The notes: generated by a model not told the origin, from the letters alone. A stretch of DNA of 64,000 nt from Vulcanimicrobiales bacterium (GCA_038231455.1 JBBRLI010000005.1:64001-128000); one strand, 5' to 3'; counted from the stretch's first letter, positions 25,701 to 35,337 are shown. Numbers and translations: made by a program.

Positions 25701-28700
25701 TTACGGGAGCGCGTCTTTGTCGCCGGTTTCGACGCGTGGAGCGCGCGATTTGCTGATTTGCAGCGTCGGCATGCTGGCGTTGGTCAGCACGGTATTGAGT
25801 TTGGGCACGTCCTTATCGCGTAGGTTTTGCCAGGTTGCGAGATTCCGATCGAGCGTCACGCGCAGTTCGCGTGCAGTGCGCACGTATTGCGTAGCGGGGG
25901 CATCGTCCGAGGCTTCGACCGAGGTGTAAACGCCGGTGATCTGTCCGTTGAGACGATCGAAGCCGAAGGACTGCAGCGATTTCCTGAGCGCGTCGATTTG
26001 TGCGCGTATTGCTGGGGTCTTCGCTGTTTTTTTGCGTTCGTTGAGTTGCGCCCCCAAGGCTTGCACGTGCGTGAGTGCATCCCACGATGCATCGATCTGG
26101 CTGCGCAGTTGAGCGGCGAGTGCGTATTGTTTGACCAGATCCGCACGGCTCGCGTGAACGCGCGGATCCATCGTGACGACGAGCGGCACACTTGCGCGCT
26201 GATTGTCGGCCACGATCGTGAGGGTGTAACGTCCCGGCAGGACGGCCGGACCGAGCGGTTCGCGCGGCGTATCGCGATAGACCGCCGAGATAGGAAATTC
26301 TCCGCGGACCGATGGCGGTGCGGCTTCGTGGAGATCCCATACGAAACGATGCATCCCCGCGCTCGTTTCGAGCGGATGGAACGGCCGAATCCAATACGTT
26401 GGTACGTTCAGGTCTGCATCGACTCGACGAGCCCCCTCGGCACTCGTGTAACGGCGAACTTCGTTGCCTCCGGCATCGGCGATCGAAAGCGCGACGTTGG
26501 TTGCGCCCTGGGCAAGGGCGTAGTCGATGATCGCGCCGTCCGGTGGGTTTTCCCCCGCGGGGACTTCGGGCGGAAGTGGCGTGTCGGTGTTCGTATTGCG
26601 GCGTACGCGCACGGCGACTTGCGGCGCGTAGAGATGGACGCCACCATGTTTTGCATCGAACTGGCGCAGCGGTGTGATGTCATCGAGGATCCAGAAGGAC
26701 CGGCCGTGCGTGCCGACCACGATATCGTCGCCCTTGATGACCAAATCGCGAATGGATGTGGACGGAAGATCGCGCTGCAGCGATTGCCAATGATCGCCAT
26801 CATCGAATGAAACGTAGACGGTGCGTTCTGTACCGGCAAAGAGCAGGCCGCGGCGTTTGGGATCTTCGCGCACGGTGTTCACCGCGGCATTGTCCGGTAA
26901 GCCTTGCGTGATCTTCGTCCAACTCTTGCCGCCATCGTGCGTGCGGAAGATATACGGTTGCAGATCGTCGAGGCGGAAGCGGCTGACCGATGCATACACG
27001 GTGTTGCGATCGAAGTGCGAAGCATCGAGCTGCGTGAACTTGCTCCACGCGGGAAGGCCCGGCGGCGTTACTTGCATCCAGGATTTGCCGCTGTTGCGGG
27101 TGACCCAGGCGAGTCCGTCATCGGTCCCAGCCCACAGCAGATTGCGATCGATTGGCGAGGGTGCAAGCGCGTAGATCACGCCGCGATGTTTGCCTGCGCG
27201 CGGATCGGCGGAGGAGAAGAACGCGAAGTTCGGCGGCGTGCCGGGATTCGGCCGCGTGAGATCGGGGCTGATGATGTCCCACGAATTACCGCCGTTCGTC
27301 GTGCGGAAGACGACGTTCGAGCCGAGATAGAGCGCGTGCGGATCGGCTTTGGAAAAAAGGAGCGGTGCCGTGCGGTTGAAGCGGTACGAATTAGGACCGC
27401 GTAAGACGACCGGCGCGATGTCGCGCGTTTGCCCGGTCGACCAGTCGTAGCGCGTGCCTTTGCCGCCGTAGATGTAGTTGGGGTTGAGCGGATCGGGTGC
27501 GACGTAGCCGTACTCTTCCACACCGACGGAATGCCACTCGCGGAAGGTGATCGCACCGTCGTTACCGCGACTCGCGGTGCCGATGCTGCCGCTTTCTTGC
27601 TGCGCGCCGTACACCCAATACGGATAGCGGTCGTCGGTGATGACGTGGTAAAACTGTGCGGTCGGCTGGTTGTACCACGAACTCCACGTCACGCCGCGAT
27701 TGACGCTTACGGTTGCGCCTTGGTCGCTACCAAGGATGATGATGTTGCGGTTGAGCGGGTTGATCCATGTCGTGTGATAATCGTCGCCGCCGGGCGCGCC
27801 TTTGATAGCCGTGAACGTCTTGCCCGCATCGATCGAACGATAGGTCGACGTGTTGGAGACGTAGATCGTGTCTTTGTCCTCGGGATCTACGGCGACACCC
27901 GCGAAGTCAGCGCCGCGGCCCCAGACGCGCTCTTCGTTATTCGTGCGCGTCCACGTCGCTCCGGAATCGTCCGACCGATAGACGCCGCCCTTGCTCGGCG
28001 AATCCACCATCGCGTAAATGCGCGTCGGATCGCTGCGGGAGATGCCAAGGCCGATACGACCCAGACCCTCGGCCTGCGTCGGTAAGCCGGTGGTGAGGGG
28101 TGTCCAGGTCGTGCCGGCGTCGGTGGACTTGTAAAGCATCGTTCCGGCGTCGGGGCGCTCGTAGCCGCCGCCAACCGACCACGGCGGACGGCGCGCGCTC
28201 CATAATTCTGCGTAAAGCGTTTGCGCGTTGCTGGGATCGATCGCAAGTTCGATCGCGCCGGCATTCTCATTCTTATACAGCACGCGCTCGAAGGTCGCGC
28301 CGCCGTCAGATGAACGGTACACGCCGCGTTCGGTGTTCGGCCCATACGGATGGCCCAAGACCGCAACGTAGAGGCGGCTAGGGTCTTTTGGGTCGACGAC
28401 GATCTTTGCGATCTGCTGGCCGTCGCGCAATCCGAGATGCGTCCAGGTCGCGCCTCCGTCGATCGACTTGTAGACACCATCGCCGGTGGCAAGGTCGGGA
28501 CGCTGTAGTCCCTCGCCGCTCCCGGCATAGATCACTTGCGGATTCGAGGGGGCAATCCCGATCGCACCGACCGAACCCGAGGGCTGGCCATCGAAGATTG
28601 GCTTCCAGGTTTGGCCGTAGTCGGTGGTTTTCCAAATCCCGCCGTTGACCGCGGCGATGAAAAAAACATTGGGTTGGTCGGGGATCCCAGCGACGGCCGC

Positions 28701-28844
28701 CGTTCTGCCCCCGCGAAAGGGCCCGATCATCCGCCAGTGCAGCGCCGATGCGATCCCCGCCTCGGTGGATTGCGCGCGCAGTGGCGCCGGAGCGGCCACA
28801 AGAGCGAGCACGACGAGCAATACGGCAGCACAGAAACGTCCCAT
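25701..28844 (-). CDS. Exported VPS10/sortilin-like BNR (Asp-box) beta-propeller protein, glycosyl-hydrolase-like
   Basis: Signal peptide; WRMIGPFRGGR start; many S/T-x-D-x-G-x-T/S-W Asp-boxes; C-terminal coiled-coil. Confidence 0.9.
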   Translation of the reverse strand: MGRFCAAVLLVVLALVAAPAPLRAQSTEAGIASALHWRMIGPFRGGRTAAVAGIPDQPNVFFIAAVNGGIWKTTDYGQTWKPIFDGQPSGSVGAIGIAPSNPQVIYAGSGEGLQRPDLATGDGVYKSIDGGATWTHLGLRDGQQIAKIVVDPKDPSRLYVAVLGHPYGPNTERGVYRSSDGGATFERVLYKNENAGAIELAIDPSNAQTLYAELWSARRPPWSVGGGYERPDAGTMLYKSTDAGTTWTPLTTGLPTQAEGLGRIGLGISRSDPTRIYAMVDSPSKGGVYRSDDSGATWTRTNNEERVWGRGADFAGVAVDPEDKDTIYVSNTSTYRSIDAGKTFTAIKGAPGGDDYHTTWINPLNRNIIILGSDQGATVSVNRGVTWSSWYNQPTAQFYHVITDDRYPYWVYGAQQESGSIGTASRGNDGAITFREWHSVGVEEYGYVAPDPLNPNYIYGGKGTRYDWSTGQTRDIAPVVLRGPNSYRFNRTAPLLFSKADPHALYLGSNVVFRTTNGGNSWDIISPDLTRPNPGTPPNFAFFSSADPRAGKHRGVIYALAPSPIDRNLLWAGTDDGLAWVTRNSGKSWMQVTPPGLPAWSKFTQLDASHFDRNTVYASVSRFRLDDLQPYIFRTHDGGKSWTKITQGLPDNAAVNTVREDPKRRGLLFAGTERTVYVSFDDGDHWQSLQRDLPSTSIRDLVIKGDDIVVGTHGRSFWILDDITPLRQFDAKHGGVHLYAPQVAVRVRRNTNTDTPLPPEVPAGENPPDGAIIDYALAQGATNVALSIADAGGNEVRRYTSAEGARRVDADLNVPTYWIRPFHPLETSAGMHRFVWDLHEAAPPSVRGEFPISAVYRDTPREPLGPAVLPGRYTLTIVADNQRASVPLVVTMDPRVHASRADLVKQYALAAQLRSQIDASWDALTHVQALGAQLNERKKTAKTPAIRAQIDALRKSLQSFGFDRLNGQITGVYTSVEASDDAPATQYVRTARELRVTLDRNLATWQNLRDKDVPKLNTVLTNASMPTLQISKSRAPRVETGDKDALP

Positions 28845-28943
28845 ACTCCCGAGCGTACCGTGCCGATGCTTGCGTCCCTGCCCCGGCTGGGCGCTGGACC
28901 TAGATCACCGTGCGTTTTGGCGCGCAGGCGTATCGTTACGGGG

Positions 28944-29165
28944 ATGAAGACCGCACCGATCGTCAATCCGCTCTTTCGCGACTTTTGCGCGTATATCGTT
29001 GCCGTTTTCTTTGTTGGCGCACTCTTAGCGAACGGCCACTGGCCGCGCACGCTCCAGCCTTACGAAGTGTTCGCTTTCACGCTCTTTCTGGGCGTCCTCG
29101 GAGCCTTTTTCCTCGGCGTCTTTCGGATGATCGCCGCGGACTCGCGCCGCCAGCACGACCACTAA
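28944..29165 (+). CDS. Small two-TM membrane protein (73 aa)
   Basis: ATG 28944; two clear hydrophobic helices; fills the intergenic gap. Confidence 0.6.
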   Translation: MKTAPIVNPLFRDFCAYIVAVFFVGALLANGHWPRTLQPYEVFAFTLFLGVLGAFFLGVFRMIAADSRRQHDH

Positions 29166-29196
29166 GCGGCTGCCCGGGAGCCCGGCGTCGGGCGCG

Positions 29197-29224
29197 TGAT
29201 ACAAAGCCGGTGTCGGCGGTGTTA
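29197..29224 (+). promoter_or_regulatory. Possible autoregulatory ECF promoter
   Basis: TGATACA-N16-TGTTA ends 10 nt before the ECF start codon; assigned by position and analogy only. Confidence 0.3.
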
Positions 29225-29234
29225 ACGGGATAGA

Positions 29235-29771
29235 ATGCTTGCACGAACGCCGGTGCCCCAATCGCCACTCGATCGGCTCTTCGCCGATGAGTTTGCGCGC
29301 GTCGTCGCGATCGCGAAGCGCATCGTGGGCGATCGAGCGACGGCAGAAGATGTCGCGCAAGACGTGTTCGCCCGGTTTGCGGAGCGGAGCGAAGTCGTCT
29401 CTGATGCCAGCCCCGGCTGGCTTCACGTAGCAGCAGTTAATACGGCACTCAACCTCGTTCGTTCGCGTTCTCGTCGCGTTCAACGCGAACTCGCGTTCAT
29501 CGACGGCACGCGACCGCAGTTACTCGCGGCACAACATGAGGCCGATCCCTCACAAAACGTCGTTCGTGCGGAATCCGTACGGGAAGTCGCTGCAGCGATG
29601 AAGCGACTAGGGACGCGCGAGGCCTCGCTCCTCGCCTTGCGCTACGGAGGCGGGCTCACGTACGCGCAACTCGCGCGGACGCTGAATCTGCCCTCAGCAC
29701 AAATTGGAACGCTTTTAGCACGCGCAGAGCGCGCGTTGCGATTGGAGATGACCCGTGTTACACCTCGATGA
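29235..29771 (+). CDS. ECF RNA polymerase sigma factor
   Basis: GDRATAEDVAQDVF..WL..AVNTALN region 2; LALRYGGGLTYAQLARTL…IGTLLARA region 4. Confidence 0.92.
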   Translation: MLARTPVPQSPLDRLFADEFARVVAIAKRIVGDRATAEDVAQDVFARFAERSEVVSDASPGWLHVAAVNTALNLVRSRSRRVQRELAFIDGTRPQLLAAQHEADPSQNVVRAESVREVAAAMKRLGTREASLLALRYGGGLTYAQLARTLNLPSAQIGTLLARAERALRLEMTRVTPR

Positions 29772-30816
29772 TAACCGACTCCGCCGACTGCACGACGAGT
29801 TCGCCCCAGACGACCGCGCCCACGTCAACACGTGTGCCGTCTGTGCCGAACGCGCGGCAGCGATCGGGGCCGATGCGCGCTACGCAGCGGCCGCGCTTAC
29901 GATGAACGATTCGGTCGATACAGCAGCCGCCCATGCGCGGTTTCTTGCACGTCCCCGTGTGATCCGACAACCGCGTGGACGATTCGGCTGGCCGGTAGGT
30001 CTTGCGGCGGCGGCCGTACTCGCGGTTGCCTTTGCAACAACGCCGCTCGGTTCGCATGCAGCCGACCTGCTCTCGATCTTTCGCCCGACAACGCTTGCCC
30101 CAATCAACCTCAGTACGACCGATATGACCTCGATGAGTAAGGCGATAGCACTTGAGGGTTATGGCTCGTTTCATTCGACAACGAAACAATCGCGTCGCGC
30201 GGTTACGCTGGCGCAAGCTGCCACGCTGACGGGGTATTCGATTCGCGTACCGCGAGGCGGACCGCTCGTGCCGCATGCGTCTTGGCACTATCAATTGAAC
30301 GCCGGTGGGTCGAGCACGTTTACGTTCGATGCAAAGAAGGCTCGACGGCTGAAAATGCCGGTCGAGCTTCCGGCAAAGTTCGATCGCGCATCGATCGTCC
30401 TCGTCGCCCACCCCGCGGTCGTCGGCTTCTATAGCGCACATGGAAACGACGGTCGTGCGGCAGGGTACGGCGCTTCGGTTTTGCGCTACGTTGAGATGGC
30501 TGCGCCGGAGGTACGCACAACGGGTGCGACGCTGGCTGAATTGGAATCGTTTGTGCTGGCGCAGCCGCAAATTACGCCGGAAGTCAAAGCGCAGTTCGAA
30601 GCAATCGCCGATCCGAGCCACACCCTGCCGATTCCGGTGAATATCGATAAGCGGACGGCTTCGACGGTTCAAATTGACGGCGTCTCGGGTCTCGCCATCG
30701 GCGATAACACCGGGGTTGGTGCGGGTGTTATGTGGCAGAAAAATGGCATGCTCTATATCCTCGCCGGGCAAATGAAACAAGACGATCTGGTCGCGCTTGC
30801 CAATGCTCTCCGCTGA
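29755..30816 (+). CDS. Zinc-finger (ZAS) membrane anti-sigma factor
   Basis: HVNTCAVC (HxxxCxxC), single TM, extracytoplasmic domain; overlaps the ECF gene. Confidence 0.85.
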   Translation: MLHLDDNRLRRLHDEFAPDDRAHVNTCAVCAERAAAIGADARYAAAALTMNDSVDTAAAHARFLARPRVIRQPRGRFGWPVGLAAAAVLAVAFATTPLGSHAADLLSIFRPTTLAPINLSTTDMTSMSKAIALEGYGSFHSTTKQSRRAVTLAQAATLTGYSIRVPRGGPLVPHASWHYQLNAGGSSTFTFDAKKARRLKMPVELPAKFDRASIVLVAHPAVVGFYSAHGNDGRAAGYGASVLRYVEMAAPEVRTTGATLAELESFVLAQPQITPEVKAQFEAIADPSHTLPIPVNIDKRTASTVQIDGVSGLAIGDNTGVGAGVMWQKNGMLYILAGQMKQDDLVALANALR

Positions 30817-31717
30817 ACCGGCGATCCTCACGACCGGTCTTGCAAAGAGCTACGGAGCAACGATCGCCGTTCGCGACTTGACCTTACGCGTCGAACGCGG
30901 CGATGTGTTCGGGTTTTTGGGTCCGAACGGCGCGGGGAAGACAACGTCGGTGAAGATGCTCGTCGGTCTGGTGCGTCCGAGCGGCGGACACGCAGCACTC
31001 TTCGGAAAACCCGTTGACGATCGGAGAATTCGAACCCGGATCGGTTACCTTCCCGAACTCTTTCGGTACCAGGAGTGGGCGCGCGCGCGTGACGTTCTGC
31101 GGTTTCACGGTCGCCTAATCGGCCTCGAGCCGCGGGCGATCGGACGTGAGATCGGACGCGTGCTCGACCTCGTCTCGTTGACCGAACGCGCAGCGGATCG
31201 CGTCGGATCGTTTTCGAAAGGCATGCAGCAGCGTCTCGGAATCGCAACGGCGCTCCTAGGTGCACCGGATCTCGTCTTTTTCGACGAACCAACATCGGCA
31301 CTCGATCCAATCGGCCGACGCGACGTGCGCGAGATCATTCGCCGCATCAAGAGTGAAGGCACGACGGTCTTTCTCAATTCGCATCTCCTCACCGAAGTTG
31401 CCGAAGTGTGCGACCACGTTGCGATCGTCGATAAAGGCGCTGTCATCATCGCGGGAACGATCGACGAGGTCGCCGGGACGGCGCGTGCCGTTCGTATGCG
31501 GCTAGTCGGGGATCAAGCGCGGATCGATGCGACGCTTTCGCCATTTGGACTTGTCTCACGAAGCGACGATTGGACGACCGTGACCGGCGTTGCCGCAGAG
31601 CGCGTTCCAGCGGTGATCGACGCACTCGTTGCTGTCGGCATCCGCGTCTATCACGTCGAGCCGAAGGTGGCAACGCTCGAAGAACGGTTTCTGTCCTTCG
31701 TCGGAGAGACACGGTAG
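30803..31717 (+). CDS. ABC transporter ATP-binding protein
   Basis: GPNGAGKTT, FSKGMQQR, FFDEPT, NSH. Confidence 0.95.
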   Translation: MLSAEPAILTTGLAKSYGATIAVRDLTLRVERGDVFGFLGPNGAGKTTSVKMLVGLVRPSGGHAALFGKPVDDRRIRTRIGYLPELFRYQEWARARDVLRFHGRLIGLEPRAIGREIGRVLDLVSLTERAADRVGSFSKGMQQRLGIATALLGAPDLVFFDEPTSALDPIGRRDVREIIRRIKSEGTTVFLNSHLLTEVAEVCDHVAIVDKGAVIIAGTIDEVAGTARAVRMRLVGDQARIDATLSPFGLVSRSDDWTTVTGVAAERVPAVIDALVAVGIRVYHVEPKVATLEERFLSFVGETR

Positions 31718-32577
31718 TGCGAATTCTGGCGGTCGCGCGTATGGCGCTCTCCGAACTGGTCGAACGACGCATCGTAGCGATTCTCGGCGTCGGCGTCGCC
31801 GTCTTCATCGCTTTGAGCGCGTGGGGATTTTCGCGCATTCCGACATTTCAAAACCGCGACGGTACGTCGATCGGGCACGCCGCGCAATTGCTGGCCGCCT
31901 CATCGATCCTCACATTCGTGATGTTTCTTTTTCTGTTCGTCTACGCGATGGGTGTCGCGTTTCTCGCTGCAAGCGCAATCGCGACCGAAGTTGAATCGGG
32001 CCTGGCCTTAGGAATTCTGTCGCGGCCAATCTTACGTGTCGAGTACATCGGCGGTAAGTGGCTAGGCGTGTGTTTTGCCGTCCTATTGGGCGCGCTGCCA
32101 AGCGTGACGCTCGAGTTTCTCGTCGTCTTTTGGACGACCGGCTACATGCCGCCTCATCCCCTCGCTGCGCTCGCCTCATTCGCCGTGTTTGGGATGCTCG
32201 TCGCAACACTCGCGCTCGCCCTTGGAACGCGCTTCGGCGCACTCGCAAGCGCGATCGTCGGGACGTTCGGCTTCGGTCTTGAATGGATCGCCGGTATTAC
32301 CGAACGACTGGGCGTTCAGTGGGGAAACGACGGTCTTGCCAACGTGGCAACCGCGATTGGCCTCGCCTTGCCGACCGACAGTTATTGGCGTGCAGCGCAG
32401 TGGGCGGTCCAGCCGAGCGTCATCACGGCGGCCTTCAACACACGCGACGCCTACGCGAAGGCGGGTCCGCTCGCGGGAGCGTTGCCGCCGACGGTGGCGA
32501 TGATGCTGCTGACCGCGCTCTGGTTTCTTGCGGTCCTGATCCTAGCAATGCGCGGGTTTGCGCATCGCGATCTATGA
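31717..32577 (+). CDS. ABC-2 type exporter permease
   Basis: About 6 TM; EVESG…LSRPILRVEYIGGKWLG motif; GTG start overlaps the ATPase stop. Confidence 0.9.
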   Translation: MRILAVARMALSELVERRIVAILGVGVAVFIALSAWGFSRIPTFQNRDGTSIGHAAQLLAASSILTFVMFLFLFVYAMGVAFLAASAIATEVESGLALGILSRPILRVEYIGGKWLGVCFAVLLGALPSVTLEFLVVFWTTGYMPPHPLAALASFAVFGMLVATLALALGTRFGALASAIVGTFGFGLEWIAGITERLGVQWGNDGLANVATAIGLALPTDSYWRAAQWAVQPSVITAAFNTRDAYAKAGPLAGALPPTVAMMLLTALWFLAVLILAMRGFAHRDL

Positions 32578-32748
32578 GATAGCGGAGACGATTCCGTAAC
32601 GTTTTTGGAGCTTGGCGCGGTCTTCGTCGAACATGGCGCGGATGCGTTCCGACTCGGTAACCGCGGCTTTCACCGCGACGTCGTTGGCTTTTGCTTTGCG
32701 ACGTGCTTCGGTGGCTTTAGCTTTCATCGCGGTCAATTTATCACTCAT
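32572..32748 (-). CDS. Small basic coiled-coil protein (58 aa, absent from the ORF track)
   Basis: Read by hand: MSDKLTAMKAKATEARRKAKANDVAVKAAVTESERIRAMFDEDRAKLQKRYGIVSAIS*; purine-rich GAAGAGG directly upstream; fills an otherwise empty gap. Confidence 0.6.
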   Translation of the reverse strand: MSDKLTAMKAKATEARRKAKANDVAVKAAVTESERIRAMFDEDRAKLQKRYGIVSAIS

Positions 32749-32845
32749 CCTCTTCAGGTTGCCGATTCACGTTAATCGACCTCTTTTCGCCTGCGGAACC
32801 TCGCTTGCCGCACGGGTAATCGCGCCGTTTCCATCGCGTGGTCCA

Positions 32846-34024
32846 TCAATGGGCGGCGAGCGACGGGGCGTAGCCGTAAAACCAATCGGTATCGCTGAAG
32901 TCGTCGGACTTGCGCGCTCGCAGATGCTTGTCTCGCGCGTCGCGCTCGGGGCCGGGGTGCAGATGCCAATAGTCGCCCCAGGCTCGGGCGAGCGTCTGCA
33001 CCTGCGCGGTGCGTGGCTGGCGCTCATTTTGGTAGGCACGAAGTCCTGCATCGATCCCTGAGGCCGCAATGGCGTCGGCGAAAACGACGGAATCTTCGAG
33101 TGCTTGGGCCGCGCCTTGGGCCAAGTATTGGAGCATCGGGTGAGCTGCGTCCCCGAGTAAGGCGATACGGTTGCGCGACCAACGCGTAATCGGTAAGCGA
33201 TCGAACATCGGCCAGCGGCGATTGCGCTTGATTTTCGTGAGAGCCGAGCGCACGAGTTCCGCACCCGTGCCGAAGTGCGCGTCCATTTCCTCGGGTGTGC
33301 CCCAGTCATCGGAATCAGCGCGATACCGCGGGCTTTTAAAGACCGCGACCTGGTTGTAGAGTTCGCCGCGTCGCACGGGATACTGAACCAAGTGCATGTC
33401 GGGACCCGTCCAGAGCATGACGCTATCGAGGCCCGCGTGTTCCGAGATTTCCGAGATCGGAATCGCTCCGCGATACGCAACGTACTGCGAGCACACGGGA
33501 TCGCCGTCGTCCACGAGAAACGCCCGGATCGTCGACCAGAGTCCATCGGCGCCGACCAGCAATTCGGCGGTGTAGGTGGATCCGTCGGCACAGTGCACCG
33601 CCGCAGAATCGCCGCGATCTTCAATGCGCGTGACGTCTTTGTTCGTTTCGAGGCGAATGCGCGGATGCGCGCGGCAGCGAGCGAGGAGCGCGCTTAGGAG
33701 ATCGCTGCGGTGCATGACCAGGTACTTGTAGTGATAGTGCGCTCGAAACGCGTCGCCCAAATCAAGGGTGGTCAGCCGGTCGCCGGAGACCGCGTCCATC
33801 CACTGGATCTGTGAGGGAAAGACGGCGTGCTCGTGGACGGCCGCGAGGATCCCGAGCCGATCGAGCGCCCACGATGCGTTGGGCGCAAGTTGGATGCCCG
33901 CGCCGATTTCGCCGAATTCCAACGCTTTCTCGATCACGAACACGTCGATGTCGTGTTGCGCGAGCGCGAGAGCCGTCGCAAGTCCGCCGATCCCGCCGCC
34001 TGCAATGAGAATTGCCATCTCCAC
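32846..34024 (-). CDS. FAD-dependent aromatic monooxygenase (3-hydroxybenzoate 6-hydroxylase/salicylate hydroxylase-like)
   Basis: GGGIGG, FGEIGAGIQLAPNA, GADGLWS, YPVRRGELYNQVAVF, LLGDAAHPMLQYLAQGA. Confidence 0.9.
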   Translation of the reverse strand: MEMAILIAGGGIGGLATALALAQHDIDVFVIEKALEFGEIGAGIQLAPNASWALDRLGILAAVHEHAVFPSQIQWMDAVSGDRLTTLDLGDAFRAHYHYKYLVMHRSDLLSALLARCRAHPRIRLETNKDVTRIEDRGDSAAVHCADGSTYTAELLVGADGLWSTIRAFLVDDGDPVCSQYVAYRGAIPISEISEHAGLDSVMLWTGPDMHLVQYPVRRGELYNQVAVFKSPRYRADSDDWGTPEEMDAHFGTGAELVRSALTKIKRNRRWPMFDRLPITRWSRNRIALLGDAAHPMLQYLAQGAAQALEDSVVFADAIAASGIDAGLRAYQNERQPRTAQVQTLARAWGDYWHLHPGPERDARDKHLRARKSDDFSDTDWFYGYAPSLAAH

Positions 34025-34112
34025 ATCTTCTCAACCGCGCTGCCAAAGCACTTGTCCCTTGGCAGACGGAATGCGCGTGGAAGTTTGCGAACGAGGCGCC
34101 ATGCCACTACAT

Positions 34113-35261
34113 ATGGTCCGGTTTTTCGCTTGCATGCTGCTCTGCTGTGCGATGCTTGCCCCGTCGCTCGTTCAGGCCGCGGAACTCGATCCGACGGCCG
34201 CGCTGCTGCGCGATATCTCCAATGCCGCAGGGCCTTCGGGGTTCGAAGAACCCGTGCGCAAATTAATGGTCGAACACATGCGCCCGTTCACCAAAAGCAT
34301 CACCTACGATGGGCTGGGGTCGGTGATTGCAACGCAAGGCACGAGCGGTCCGCGCGTGATGCTCGATGCGCATATGGACGAACTCGGCGGGATGGTTCGG
34401 CGGATCACGGGCGACGGCTTCTTGAGCATGCAGATGCTAGGAGGTTGGCTCGATCAGGCGCTTGTCGATCAGCGCTGGGTGATCATCACGGCACGCGGAC
34501 CGGTGAAGGCCGTCACGGGCATGCGCGACGTCCACGTCGTGACGACCGATGAACGCACGCGCGTGTTTTCTCGCGATTCGCTCTTTTTGGATATCGGCGC
34601 GAAAACCGCAGCCGAAGCGCGCGCGATGGGTGTCGAACCCGGCGACCCGATCGTGCCCGATGCGCCCTTCGAGATCCTCAACGGCTCGCAAAATTATCTC
34701 GGCAAAGCCTGGGACGACCGCGCGGGATGCGCGGTGCTGCTCGAAGTCATGCGCCGTTTTGCCACGCTCCCGCATCCGAATCAAATTTTCTATGCCGCGA
34801 CCACGCAAGAAGAAGTGGGCTTACGCGGCGCTCATTCGGCTGCCGATGCAATCAAGCCGGATGTTGGTATTGCGATCGAAGGCGGCATCGCCGGCGACAT
34901 GCCGGGGACGCATCCCGAAGAAACACAGGCAAAACTCGGTGCCGGTCCGGGCATTTTTCTCTACGATTCAAGCGCTCTACCCAATCGCAAGATGGTCGCG
35001 TTGACGAAGGCGGCCGCGGCGGAGAAGAAGATTCCGCTGCAACTCGATCTCGTGCAAGGCTACGGCGATGATTCGGCCGAGATCCAGAAGAGCACGATGG
35101 GCGTGCCGACGGTGAACCTCGTGGTTCCGGTGCGCTACACCCACGCGCACAATGGGGTGATGAACCGCGGCGATTTCGACCACATGGTTGACCTTGTGGT
35201 CGCCATGATCCAGAAACTCGATGGGCCGACGGTCGCCAAGATGCGCGACTTCACGCCGTAA
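34113..35261 (+). CDS. M42 family (TET-like) metallo-aminopeptidase with N-terminal signal peptide
   Basis: GPSGFE, DAHMDE, KAWDDRAG, QEEVGLRGA, RYTH; MVRFFACMLLCCAMLAPSLVQA signal; start set at ATG 34113. Confidence 0.92.
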   Translation: MVRFFACMLLCCAMLAPSLVQAAELDPTAALLRDISNAAGPSGFEEPVRKLMVEHMRPFTKSITYDGLGSVIATQGTSGPRVMLDAHMDELGGMVRRITGDGFLSMQMLGGWLDQALVDQRWVIITARGPVKAVTGMRDVHVVTTDERTRVFSRDSLFLDIGAKTAAEARAMGVEPGDPIVPDAPFEILNGSQNYLGKAWDDRAGCAVLLEVMRRFATLPHPNQIFYAATTQEEVGLRGAHSAADAIKPDVGIAIEGGIAGDMPGTHPEETQAKLGAGPGIFLYDSSALPNRKMVALTKAAAAEKKIPLQLDLVQGYGDDSAEIQKSTMGVPTVNLVVPVRYTHAHNGVMNRGDFDHMVDLVVAMIQKLDGPTVAKMRDFTP

Positions 35262-35279
35262 GGCGCGTTCCAGAAAGGC

Positions 35280-35311
35280 CGGCGAGGTGGAGTTGACACC
35301 TCGCCGTTTTT
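35280..35311 (+). terminator. Intrinsic terminator of the M42 peptidase gene
   Basis: CGGCGAGGTG-GAGTTGA-CACCTCGCCG-TTTTT. Confidence 0.8.
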
Positions 35312-35323
35312 GGCGCATACATA

Positions 35324-35337
35324 TAACCAGATGGTTA
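35324..35337. promoter_or_regulatory. Putative ArsR-family autoregulatory operator
   Basis: Palindrome TAACCA-GA-TGGTTA overlapping the ArsR ATG (35331); TTGACA at 35293-35298. Confidence 0.65.

Noticed and set aside
33768-34112. Long N-terminal extensions on track ORFs (M42 from 33768, USP from 44082, aroE from 55946, rpsP from 20454, tag from 40286, anti-sigma from 58394)
   Set aside because: The extensions overlap neighbouring genuine genes and lack homology cues; downstream starts fit family lengths.
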